Shown here piece after piece: positions 13,630-26,500 of a stretch of 64,000 bases of DNA. A program made the translations under genes and the position numbers. Source of the DNA: Geosiphon pyriformis uo1 (lineage: Eukaryota; Fungi; Glomeromycota); contig JAAOMT010000718.1 in the NCBI GenBank assembly GCA_016748015.1, positions 496,001 through 560,000 on the forward strand, given 5' to 3'. The notes below the pieces were generated by a model that had not been told where the DNA came from, did not search any database, and saw nothing but the letters and a program-made list of their open reading frames with translations. Every line of letters starts with the position of its first letter. The first letter of the stretch is position 1.

Positions 13630-14612
13630 TGTTACCGAAAGTTTTTGGTCTCTTTTCTGTAATGTTGTTGATACTTATTTGCTGTGAATTCACGTTTTCA
13701 GGAAGTAGTTGAATCTCCAATAACTGAATTTATCTTCAAATTATCTCCTATAATTTGAACTTGCTGGGTTTATGAGTGGAATGGCCAATTTCATGCCAGT
13801 TGCTTTATGTAGTTACGTTGTAGTAAACGTCAACTCTTTCCTAGAAATTGCTCGTCTGGAAGCTCACTAAAAAATGTGTAGTTACTTTGCTGTGAAAGTC
13901 AACTCTTCTACAGGAATCTTGTCTGTAGGCTACCCTAATGATTGTAATAAGAAAAGAAAAAAAAAATAAAAGAAGTGTAAAAGAAATAGGATTTTATCAA
14001 GAGAAACGTTTTCTATCCAGGCCTAGAGTCACTAACAGTTCACTGAAATCGGTAGCTAATCAATTTTAAAATGTTAGTTGGGTTTTGAGAATTTTCCAAG
14101 TGCAATAATTTAAAGAATTTGGTTTTTCGAATTATTTGATATTTATTTCTTTTTGTGTGTATAAAAACGGTTTTAAGAGATAAATCTAAAGTAAGATACA
14201 TTTTCTCGAAGAGAGAAGCTCTTCTTTTATACAACTTGTCGTAACACTATTCTATGAACTTGAATTTTACTATTTTCTACAATTTCGCTGAACTAAAGAT
14301 ACATTTCAGCGAACTACAAGTTATTTCTGCAAACTATTAGATATTTCGGTAAACTATCAATTATTTCGGCGAATTTCTATAAATTTCGGCGAACTTTTGA
14401 ATGTTACATAATTTGGAGTATTGCATGATTGATCATCGCAATTAGGTTACATTTGTGTTGTGTACAATTTGGGTTATTAATTAAATGATAATTTCAGACA
14501 TTCTTTGCTAATGTAATAAGTGATAATTTGAAATGATAATATATGCTAATTAATGATAGGAATTATGAGATAGTTTCATGCTAAATAATATCTCTAATTT
14601 CGTCTGGTAACA
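13630..14612 (-). mobile_element. Element M copy 1 (solo-LTR-like or non-autonomous, 983 bp)
   Basis: TGTTACC...GGTAACA termini; TSD CCGT/CTGT; interrupts the RNase H NADGL motif of copy a. Confidence 0.92.
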
Positions 14613-17600
14613 CTGTCAGCATTTCCATTGTCTTTTCCCTTTTTGTAATGTATAGTATAATTGTATAGTGCGAGTGCCATTTTTCATTTTGACTGTCTTC
14701 TATTTCCAAATTCTTGTTTTTGGAGTGATGTTAATCCCTTGTGATCTGTGTATACTTCAAACTTCTGGCTCAAGTATTCTTTTCATTTCATGACTGCCCA
14801 GTATATTGCTAAGTGTTCTTGTTCCAGTGTTCCATAGTTTTTTTCGGCTGGTGTTAAACCTCTGCTGGCATATGCTACTAGATGTTCTCTGCTGTCTGAT
14901 CCTCTCTGAAATAATACTGCTCCCAATGCTTGGCCAGATGCATTGGTGATGATGATGAATGATTTGCTGTAATCTGAATAAATCAGTACTGAAGCTTAAA
15001 TGAGCTTTCTTTTCAAAATGTCAAAAGCTTCTTGTTGACTTTCTGCCCATTCATATTTGGTATTCTTGGTTTGCAGTTGATTGAGTGGCTGTGCTATCTT
15101 GGAAAAGTTCTTGATAAAACGTCAATAGTAGCTGGCAAATCCCAAGAATGATTTCAGTTCTGTCATATTGGTCAGCACTAGAAAGTTCTTTACTATCTTT
15201 ATTTTCTCTGGATTTGTTTTGATGCTGTCTTTGCTGACTATATGTCCCAAAAATTTTAGTTCTGTCTTGCCAAAGAAGCACTTTGTTGCATTTAACTTTA
15301 GCCCTGCTCTTTTTAGTCTTTCAAACACTTGTTAAAGATGATGAAGATGATCATCAAATGTTTTTGAGAATATGTTGGTGTCATCCAAGTATACAACTAC
15401 TGATTTCTACAATAAGCCAGTATAGACAATTTCCATTAGCCATTGGAAAGTGGCTGGTGTGTTGGTTAAACCAAATGGCATTACTTCAAATTCAAAATTT
15501 CCTTCTCTTGTGGTGAATGCTGTCTTCTCTTTGTTGGCTGGATCCATGGCTACTTGCCAGTAACCACTATCTAAGTCTAACGTTGAGAACCATTTGTTTC
15601 TGCCAAAAGCATCAAATAATTCCTGTATCCATGGAATTGGATAGCTGTCTCCACGAGTTACACCATTGAGTTTTCTGTAGTCTACACAAAATTGGATCTT
15701 TCCATTCTTCTTATGGACAAGTACCACTGGTAATGACTATGGGCTTATTAATGGCTGAATTAGCTCATTGTCAAGCATTTGGTTTATTTCTTGACGAATA
15801 ATTTCATGGTTGACTAGTGGCACTCTGTATGCTCTTTGTTTAATTGGCATTGTATCTCCAGTTTTGATCTAATGCTGGATGATGTCAGTTCGGCCAAACT
15901 CATTTTTGCTGGCAAAGATTTTATTGAACTGGTTGAGTAACATCTTGAGTTGCATACATTGGAGTGGATCTAAGTTTCTCATGTTCATTTGTTCCAATTG
16001 TTCTGGTTGGAGCAAATAACATTCACTTTGTCTGTATATTGTTTGTGATGTGATATCAACATATCCACAAAGTTGTGGAAAGTCTGGAATGGGATTTGGT
16101 GGTTGATCTTCTATTTCAGTGTTTAAGTATCCAATAATAGTTCTGGCTGGTATTTCTATGATATTTCCTGTATTGTTGTAGATGGAAATTTTGATGTGGC
16201 TGTAATCTTTGGCTGGTATGTGGAGATTGATGAGTCCAACTTCTCCTGATTTACAAAGACTGGCTTCTGCTTCAAAAATTTGTGCTTGGTCTTTTTCCTT
16301 TCTTTCTATTGCTAGCATATACTGGTTATATGGTGAAATAGAAATAGCTTAACTGGTTGAGATAATTTCTTCTTGGCCAACAATTTCTTCCTCCACCATA
16401 TTAATTGGTATATCTATTCTACCTGTTAATCCAAATCCCTGTATTCCTCTCACTGTTATTTCTAATTCCTCCTTCTTTCCCACTGATATTAACTGGACTA
16501 CTCTAACCAGAGACAGGAATATTGTTTGTGCTATCTTTTTGTTGGGCTCTATTATATAGGCCTTTTCTGAATCATTTTGTAGCATAGCGATGATATTTCC
16601 TACATATCCTGTGTCAATTATTCCTCCTCTTATATTAATCTCTCTTTTCGCTAAACTACTCCTAGATGCTAATTGAACCATTGTTGTTGCTGGGATTTCT
16701 AGTGCTACTTTCAGATTAATGCAGGTGCATGAATGTGGTTCCAATTTGATGGCCTCTTTTCCTGGATATCTCAGATCAAACCCTGCATCAATATCATGTG
16801 CACATTCTGGCATAATACCTTTTCCATTGTCACTATACCATTTCAATTCTTGTTCTTTGGAGAGATCTAATAGTGCAATGTATTGTTTATAGTTTAAATC
16901 GGAGTTTGAATCTGAGTTTAAATTGTCTTTGTTGTCATTACCATTTTGAATAGAGCTGGAACTGGTGTTTTTGTCATCGTCATCGGAGTCTGGATCATGA
17001 TTGATCAGTGATTCTGATTCCGATGCACAGCTGCTGATTGGTTCTTCTTTTTCAGGAATCGTGTAGATCATGTATGGTGGTAGATTGTAAATGAGATCAC
17101 AATTGTCACAATATTCAAAGTCACTGAGAATTAAACAATGGCAACACAGTCTTGTATTTAACTGTGCTAGCCATTGTTTTTGCTTTTCTCTAGTGGGTGC
17201 CAAGTTTTGGTAGTGTTCATAGAACTCTTCTGGTTCCAGAAAATTTATGACTGGCTTTGCATCCCAGTCAAGCTTGATGGGTTCTGGTGGGTTGTTTTTA
17301 ATTGTCCTAATTTCTTCTGGCAATATGTTTTCAATTTTGGTGATTGCCATCCACCATAATTCATTGTTATTGTGTAGACAACTGTCCAATTGCTGTACAG
17401 CTCTTCTCCAGGCAGTTTCTATGGGTGTTCTTTTCTCAACCCAGTCATTGATAAGGATCGTGTATTGGCAGAACACGTCACACATTTCTCTTCTCCCTGA
17501 AATGTCGTTTCACATTCCTTCATCGAGGAAAGTTTTTCCATAGGCTATACATGGTGTATTATCCCATTTTCCCACTCATTTTGGTCTTCCAAAATGTTTG

Positions 17601-18519
17601 ACATGGCATGTATGGCAATAAAACTTGGTTGCCGTCTGATATTCTTCATCATCACCACAGCATGCACCCATTGACAACAATTTCTTGCCACAATCAATGC
17701 ATATCAGTTTGGGTTAGTGATAGGTTGATGATTGTTGTTGACTATAGATGTATGGAATATAAGTGTTGTTGACTTGAGTGTTTTCTTCCTCTCTCTCTTT
17801 CTCTTTTCCTTTTTCTTCTTTCCACTCCCAACTCGATGGTTCTTCTTGTTCATTGTCAGTTCAGATCAAATCGTCTGTTTCCCAAGTCAGTTCCTCTTTT
17901 TGCTTTCTCTTAGGGTTGTCGTTTCACGAGAGTATTGGTGGTAGTTTGTTGTGGTCAGTGTTGGCCCAAGAGACTTGGTAAGCTTCCCAGATAGGTTTCT
18001 CTTTCTCCTCCTCCAGTTCGATCAATAATTTCTTTCTTAAAGAAGTCTTGAAATGGCCACACGTGGCCAGTACACATATATGTTGGCCCTAATATGTTAG
18101 CTGGAGTTCCTGAGTGTTCCAGTCTAACGTCGTGTTGACTTTGGATAGCCAGTCATTATCAATAAGAGCTTGGTATTGAGTGGCTTCCATCACTAGAACT
18201 TTAATGGAAGTCACAATGCCATTGACTTTGAAAGAGAAGTCGTTGATTTCACCGATTGGAGTTTTGGTCACTCCATTGGCTGTGATGATTCTGGCACTGG
18301 CAGCTTGATCAACTCAGTGACCTAATTGATCCATGAGTTGTCATGTAATGATGCTGCCTGCTGAACTGCTGTTAAGGATTAATTTGATGGATTGTTCCTC
18401 AACTTTGGCATTAGTGTACATTGCAGTGATTGGTTTGGCTTCAAGAGTGGCTTCACTAAATAATGGCATTGCAGTTGTTTTCTCGAATTCGAATGGGAAT
18501 ATAGCAGCCAAAGACTTGT

Positions 18520-19390
18520 TGTTACTCATAGAATATAAGAAATATAGTATTATTAGTCAGTAAGATATTAGCCAATCAGAGGTAGACATAGTAAATGTGG
18601 AATTCCAGAATTCCTTTTAGAGGAATTGCAGGATTCCAGGAATTTCAGGATTCTCTGGTGAGGAATTGCAGGATTCTAGAATTCCAGGATTCTTCTCATC
18701 AGGAATCTCAGGATTCCTGTCACAAAGAATTGAGGAATTGAGGAATCTCAATTATGTATATATAGCAGTAGAATTAGAAGCTAAAAAGACAGACCTCTCC
18801 GTTTAGATTTAATCTAAGCAACATTCCAGTCCCCAAATCATCAAATAAATAATTATTTCATATCTCAATCCACTCTCTACTATCAACACTTCATGTTGAT
18901 AGTAATTAATACTTAACTATGCTGGAACAATAGCTCTTGATCATGGCTATTGACGAGATACTAACAAATTGCCTTGGCTTATTTTCTCTATTTTTTTTAT
19001 TTTATTTTTTTTATTTTATTTTCTTTCTTTCTGTAATTTTGTGGTTGTATACTAATTGATTAAAAAGATTAAGCACTGAGTTATTGACGTCAAGGATAGC
19101 CTGGTAAAAGACCCAGAAATAAGGGTAGGATTTTATATATTATCGGATAGCTTATCAAAAGAGCATGACTGCCAGACTAAATCCGGCCACTATGCTGAGA
19201 AAGAAATTGGGAAAACTCATGGAAAGATACATTTACTATTGACCCTATTGAATCTCTGTTTATTATACAAAGAACTCCATCAAAACCTTCAGATACAATA
19301 CTTGCAGAACCTCATCCACGGAAGTAGCTTTTGAGCACCAAGTTACAGGTTTGTTATTTAATTTAACAGCAGAAATATTCACCTGTAATA
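18520..19390 (+). mobile_element. Solo LTR of family L (copy c)
   Basis: Full LTR homology with no internal sequence; TSD TTGT/TTGT; the empty site in copy b reads TCGT (25780-25783, minus). Confidence 0.93.
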
Positions 19391-19993
19391 TTGTCTTTGG
19401 TAAGAGTAGCAGGTAGAATATTACTGGTGAGTAGTTGTTTTTGGGCGAATGCTGGGTTATTGGTTGAGGCATCTTCTGGGGTAATCAAAAGACTTAAATA
19501 GTTCTGGGAATTCGAGTTCTGGGGTTGACCAGTACCCGAATTTCACTGACATAATCCAAATGGTTGCTGTAAAAAACTGGGGATCAGTTGATGTACTACC
19601 ATTACCGATCTCCAGTTCTGTTAAGTCATTCTCAGTCTTTGAGTTCCATTGGGTGGTAAGCTTTGAGGTGGTGTTTGGATTTGTTGGGGCTAATAGATTA
19701 TTTGTGGCTGTGGTTGTTGATAAATTACTTATGGCTGTGGTTGATAGATTGGAGCTTGATACACCAGAGATTGATAGACTGATGACTGCATCACTAGTAG
19801 GTAAGCAGATTGGTTTTGATTTGGATATTGATTCAAAGTTTGGAACTGGCGATTGGGGTTTCAATATTGATTTCCTGATCGTTAGTTATTTAAATGCTGG
19901 CAACAGTCAATTTGGATATGTTCTTGTTTACCACAATAGTGGCAGATATGCATTTTCTGTTGCCACTATTGATTGGTCGATGAAGATGGACAT

Positions 19994-20961
19994 TATTACT
20001 AGACAAAATTAGAGATATTGTTTAGCATAAAATTACCCTTATAAATTTTATCATTAATTAGTATATATTATCACTTATTATATTAGCAAAATGTCCAAAA
20101 TTAGTATTTAATTAATAATCCAATTGGTACATAACACAAATATAATCTAAGTACAATGATCAATCATGCAATACCCTGAAATATGTAATACTCAAAAGTT
20201 TGTTGAAATTTGTAGAAATTTGCTAAAATAATTGATAATTCACCAAAATATCTAATAGTTTGCAGAAATAACTTGTAGTTTGCCAAAATGTATCTTTAGT
20301 TCAGCGAAATTGTAGAAAAGAGCAAAGTTCAAGTTTATAGAATAGTGTTATAACAAGTTGTATAAAAGAAGAGCTTCTCTCTTCGAGAAAATGTATCTTA
20401 CTTCAGATTTAACAATTAGAATCATTCTTTACACACAAAAATGAAATAAATATCAAATAATTTGAAAAATCAAATCCTTAATTATTTCCCTTTTAAAATT
20501 AATCAATTTCTACTAAACAGTTTTGAAATTGATTAGCTACCGATTTCAATAAACTGTTAGTGACTCCAGACCTGGATAGAAAAACGTTTCTCTTGATAAA
20601 ATTCTATTTCTTTTATATTTCTTTTATTTTTCTTCTCTTTTCTTATTACAATCATTAGGGTAGCCTACAGACAAGATTTTTGTAGAAGAGTTGACTTTTA
20701 CAGCAAAGTAACTACACATTTTTAGTGAGCTTTCAGACGAGCAATTCCTGGAAAAGAGTTGACGTTTACTACAATGTAACTACATAAAGTAACTGGCAAG
20801 GAATTGGCCATTCCACTTATAAGCCCAGCAGTTCAAATTATAGAAGATAATTTGAAGATAAATTCAGTTATTGGAGGTTCAACTACTTCTAGAAAACGTG
20901 AATTTGCAACCAACAGACATTTACAACATTCAAGAAAAGAGACCAAAAACTTCCGGTAACA
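19994..20961 (+). mobile_element. Element M copy 2
   Basis: Reverse complement of M1; TSD ACAT/ACGT; TATAAAA at ~20361. Confidence 0.92.
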
Positions 20962-22571
20962 ACGTGGTTGATTTTGGGCACTATTAGAGTTTCCTTGATT
21001 ATTGTATCATTGTGGAGGCTGATAAATAGTGTGATTGTTAGTTAAGTATTCTTCCAGTCTCTTATTAATTGATTCACTGAACTTCTCCAATTTGGAATCC
21101 AATTCAGATGATCCGTTTATTACTAGATTAATGGCTTGGATGTGATTAGCCTCTGACTCAGCAGATTCAAAATCTCTGGTGTGTGTGACTGCATCTTGAA
21201 GGGTGCCTGGATGCAATGGACATACATGTTGCAAAATGCTGCTGCACAGGCCACGGATAAACTGGTTGAGTATCTGTGGGGCTGTGAAATAGTTGGCATC
21301 AATTGCTTAAATTTGGCACAGGTTTCAATGGAAGCATCCCAGGTAAGTGGTGACTGCTTCAGTTTTCCTTGTTTTATGGTGGTGAATGTATTGACTAGGT
21401 GATTGATGCTGTTATTGTTGCTGAAATATCTTAGAAATTCCACTTTGAAGGCATTGAAATCTTGTGGTTTATTAACCAAGCTCTAATACCATGAATTGGT
21501 GGTATCTTTGAGAAAGTAGGGAATGGCTTGCATTGCTTGGGCATCATTCTATTTGTTGGCTGCGATGGTCTTTTCTATATCATTCAGCCATATTTGAGCA
21601 TCATCCTCTTCACCAGTAAAGTTGTCAAGTTTTGCGATTGGTACATAGGCCATTGAATCTAAGTTAGGTGGTTGTGGTGGCTATTGAAGCAGTTGTTGTT
21701 GTACTGGTTGTTGGGGTGATAGTTGAAGTGACTGTTGTATGGGTTTGGCTATGGGATTAATTGGCAGTTGATTAATGATGATTACCAGAGGTAAGTTTTG
21801 CTGATTAATTAATTTGGGGTTTGGATTGTTTTGTCTTTGATGATTCGAAGTTTTGATTTCTGAATTTTTTAGATTTAGATTTTGCTGAGTTTGAAAATTC
21901 GGGATTTCAACTTTTCCTTTTTTTCTGATTCTGTTGCTTCTCACAGATCAGAGATTCCGAAATCTGGTAAAGGTAGTGGTGATCAAAGTCCTGATGGGGT
22001 TGATGATCATGAATTAAATTCCTCAAAGTATTTGCTGTTACCAGAGGTTTTTGGCCTCTTCTTAGCTATTGTATATTTGTTGTAATACTGTTAATTCACG
22101 ATTATGGGAAGTGTTTGAACCTCTGATAACTGAATTTATCTTCAAATTATTTCCTATAATTTGAACTGCTGGGCTTGTAAGTGGAATGGCCAATTCTGTG
22201 CCAGTTATTTTGTAGAATTACGTTGTAGTAAACGTCAACTCTTTCCCAGAAATTGCTTGTCTGAAAGCTCACTAAAAATGTATAGTTACTTTGCTGTGAA
22301 AGTCAACTTTTCTACAAAAATTCTCGTTTGTAGGCTACCTAAATGATTTATAATAAGAAAAAAAAGAGAATAAAAGAAATATAAAAAAAAAAAATAAAAC
22401 TGATGATTTATGAAAGTTGTTTCAGATCTAGGCCTGAAAGTGCTTTAACAGTTTACTGAAATTGGTAGCTAGTCAATTTCAAACTGTTAGTAGGAATTGG
22501 TTAATTTCAAGGAAAATAATTTAAGAATTTGGCTTTTTGAATTATTTGATATTTATTTGTCTTTTGGGTGT

Positions 22572-23448
22572 TGTTACTCATAGAAATATAGGAAATATAT
22601 TAGCATAATTATTAGCCAATTAAAAGTAAGCATAGTAAATGTGGAATTCCAGGATTCCTCTCAGGAATTGCAGGATTCCAAGAATTTTAGGATTTCCAAT
22701 GAGGAATTACAGGATTCCAGAATTCCAGGATTCCTCTCAAAGGAATCGCAGAATTTCAGGAATTCCAGGATTCCTGTCATGAAAAATCAAGAAATTGAGG
22801 AATCCCAATTATGTATATATAGCAGTAGTGTTAAAAACAGAAAAGACAGAATCGATACCACAGAATCCTTAGCCAAGAAACCAATCATCAAATAAATAAT
22901 TATTCCATATCTCAATCCACTATTCACTATCAACACTTCATGTTGATAGTAATTGCTACTTAACCACACTGAAACAATAGCTCTTGATCACGGCTATTGA
23001 TGAGATACTAACGGACCAAATTGCCTTGACTTATTTTCTTTATTTTCTTTATTTTATTTCCTTTCTTTCTTTGATTTTGTTGTTGTATACTAATTGATTA
23101 AAAGATTAAGTGCTGAGTTATTGACGTCAAGGATAGCCTGGTAAAAGACCCAGAAATAAGGGTAGGATTTTATATATATTATCAGATAGCTTACCAGAAG
23201 GGCACGACTGCCAGACTAAATCCGGCCACTATGCTGAGAAAGAAATTGGGAAAACCACTTGAGGATACAACCATTATCAACCTTATTAAATCTCTGTTCA
23301 TTATACAAAGAACTCCACAACAAAACCTTCAGATCAACCAAAACCTTCAGATACCATACTTTCTGCACATCATCCACGAAAGTAGCTTTTGAGCACCAAG
23401 TTATGGGTTTGTTATTCAATTCAACAACAGAAATAATCACCTGTAACA
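22572..23448 (+). repeat. 5' LTR of L copy b
   Basis: TGTTAC..GTAACA; CCAAT, GGA(A)TTCC array, TATATA box ~22814, AATAAA, hairpin ~22926-22950. Confidence 0.97.
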
Positions 23449-23450
23449 TT

Positions 23451-23467
23451 TGGTGCTCTCTGTAAGG
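23451..23467 (+). promoter_or_regulatory. Primer-binding site TGGTGCTC(C)CTGT(G)AGG
   Basis: 2 nt after the LTR, begins TGG; same site in copy a. Complements a tRNA ending CCTCACAGGGAGCACCA, which resembles elongator Met or Ile-UAU (identity inferred). Confidence 0.85.
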
Positions 23468-23510
23468 TATAATCCTACAGAAAATCAGCACTGACAACAC
23501 CAAACCAAAA

Positions 23511-26500
23511 GTGGCAGAATCAGAAATTATAGAAGCAAACCATTTAGGATTCGCAAAATCCTTATTTTAACACTATTGTCAATACTTGGGATTAAACCAC
23601 AATCATATATCTGCCGAATTAGTCTTCAATTTCTACGTCAACAAAAAGATTTCCTCTTTATTAGGAACACCAATGAATATTGAATCAGCAAGAGAAACTT
23701 TCTATAAGGAATTAATTCAAAACACCAACCTACCAACAAACCATAATTTTGCATCCATCATCACTGAGATCAACAAAAAAATTGAACACCACACTTAACA
23801 AAGATATCCAATTACATATGCTAGTAAAAACAAGGGAAAATTACAAACACCAGCAATAACACCCAGAAAAATACAGCCACTTGCTTGGAAGAAAAACAGA
23901 GTTGAATCCCCAAGCAACTCATCCTACCACTATACATCTGAAAGCATCATCAACATATCATCAACAGATGCATTCCCATCAATTGCGACATCAGCATTTG
24001 GACGATTCTCATTTCAAAGTAGACAAAGGAAAACAGAATTGTTAAGACCATACAGCAAATACTTTGAGTGATTTAATTCGCAATTATCAATCCCATCAGG
24101 ACTTCGATCATCACTGTCTCCACCAGATTTCGGAATCTCCGATCTGTGGGAAGCAGCGGAATCAGAAAAGGAGGAAGAAGAATCAGAAGATCAAGAATTT
24201 ACTTACCAGCACCCGATCACTGAAAACCCGGAAGTTGAAACTCTGAACCTTTAAACTCAGCAACAGTTAGAAAATCCGGAAATCAAAACTCCAAATATTC
24301 GAATGCCGCCAAATCAAAGAAATCAAAAACCCGAATTAATTAATCAGCAAAACTTACCTCCAGTAATCGTTATCAATCAACTGCCGATTAATCCCATAGC
24401 CGAATCCATACAGTAACTACTTTAGCTACCACCCCAACAGCCAAGACAACAACAACTGCTTCAACAGCCACCACAACCACCTAACTTAAATCCAATGGCC
24501 TATGCACCAATTGCAAAACTTGACAACTTTACGGGCAAAGAAGATGACACTCAAATATGGCTGAATGATGTAGAAAAGGCCATCGCAGCCAACGGATGGA
24601 ATAACACTCAAGCAATGCAAGCCATTCCTTACTTTCTCAAAGATACCGCCAATTCATGGTACCAGAGCTTGATTAATAAACCACAAGATTTTAATGCCTT
24701 CAAAGCGGAATTCCTAAAATACTTCAGCAACAATAACAGCATCAATCGTCTAGTCAATGTATTCACCACCATGAAACAAGGAGAAACTGAAGCAGTCACC
24801 ACTTACCTGGGACGCTTCCATCGAAACCTATGCCAAATTCAAGCAATTAACGCCAACTATTTTACAGCCCTGCAGATATTCAACCAGTTTATCCATGGCC
24901 TGTGCAGCAGCATCTTGCAACATGTACATCTGTTGCATTTAGGCACCCTTCAAGATACAGTCACATACACCAGAAATTTTGAATCCGCTGAGTCAGAGGC
25001 TAACCATGCCCAAGCTGTTAATCTAGTAATAAATGGATCATCTGAATTAGATTCCAAATTGGAGAAGTTCAGTGAATTAATCAATAAGAGATTGGAAGGA
25101 TACTTAGCTGACAATCATGCCATTTATCAGCCTCCACAACGACACAATAATCAAGGAAACTCTAATTGTGCCCAAAATTAACCACATCCATCTCCATCAA
25201 CCAATCGACAGTGGCAACAGGAAATGCGTATCTGCCACTATTGTGGTAAACAAGGACATATCCAAATTGACTGTTACCAGTATTTAAATAACCAATGATC
25301 GGAAAATCAATATCAAAACCCTGATCACCAGTTCCAAACTCTGAATCAGTACTCAAATCAAAATCCACCCGCTTACCTACCAGTGACACAGTCATTAGTC
25401 TATCAGTTTCCAGTATATCAACCTCCGATTTATCAGCCACAGCCACAAGTAATATATCAACCACAGCCACAAATAATCTATCAATACCAACAGATCCAAA
25501 CACTGTCCCAAAGCTTACCACCCAACAGAACTCAAAGACCAAAAATGACTCAACAGAGCTGGAGATCAGCGATAGTAGTCTATCAACCGATCCCCAGTTT
25601 TTCACAGTAACCATCTGGATTATGCCAGCGGAATTCGGGTACTGGTCAACCCCAGAACCCAAATTCCTAGAACTATTTAAGTCTCCTGGTCACTCCAGAA
25701 GATGCTTCAACCAATAGCCCGGCATTTACCCAAAAACAACCCCTCACCAGTAATATCCCACCCGCTACCATTACTAAAAACGAGTCATTAGCTGCTATCT
25801 TCCCATTCAAATTTGAGGAAACAGCTGCAATACCATTATTTAGTGGAGCTGCTCTTGAAGCCAAACCAATTACCGTGATGTACATTGACACCAAAGTAGA
25901 AAAACAATCCATCAAATTAATCCTGGACAGTGGTTCCGCAAGCAGCATAATCACAAGACAACTCATGAATCAATTAGGTCGCTGAGTTGATCGAGCTGCC
26001 AGCACCAGAATTATCACGGCCAATGGAGCGACCAAAACTCTAATTGGCAAAATCGATGACTTTTTTTTTGAAGTCAATGACATCGTGACTCCCATTAAAG
26101 TTCTAGTAATGGAAGCCACTCAATACCAAGCTCTCGTTAGTAATGACTGGCTATTCAAAGTCAATGCAACGTTAAACTGGAACACCCAGGAACTCCAGCT
26201 AATGTATCAGGGCCAACACATATGTGTCCTAGCCATGTATGGCCACTTCAAAACTCCTCCAAGAGAGAAACTATTGATTGAACTGGAGGAGAAGAAAGGA
26301 AAGCCTACCTGGGAAGCCTACCAAGTGTTGTGGGTGGACAAAGAACACAACAAACTACCGCCAATACTCTTTTGGGATGACAGCAACAAGGGAAAAGGGA
26401 AACAAAAGGAAGAACTTACCTGGAAAACTGATGACCTGACATGGACCAACAACAATAAAAACAAATCGACTTCAAGCTGGGAATGGGAGGAGGACAAAGA

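Noticed and set aside
20655-20961. Protein-like frame in the 3' third of element M
   Set aside because: Several stops sit at the same positions across the copies, and there is no start codon or recognisable domain.
22640-22806. CRISPR-like appearance of the GGAATTCC array
   Set aside because: Short degenerate units without unique spacers, inside a eukaryotic LTR, with no cas genes.
23100-23465. Long frame in the 3' half of the L LTR running into gag
   Set aside because: Copies differ by non-triplet indels, and the PBS consensus probably places a TGA in that frame.
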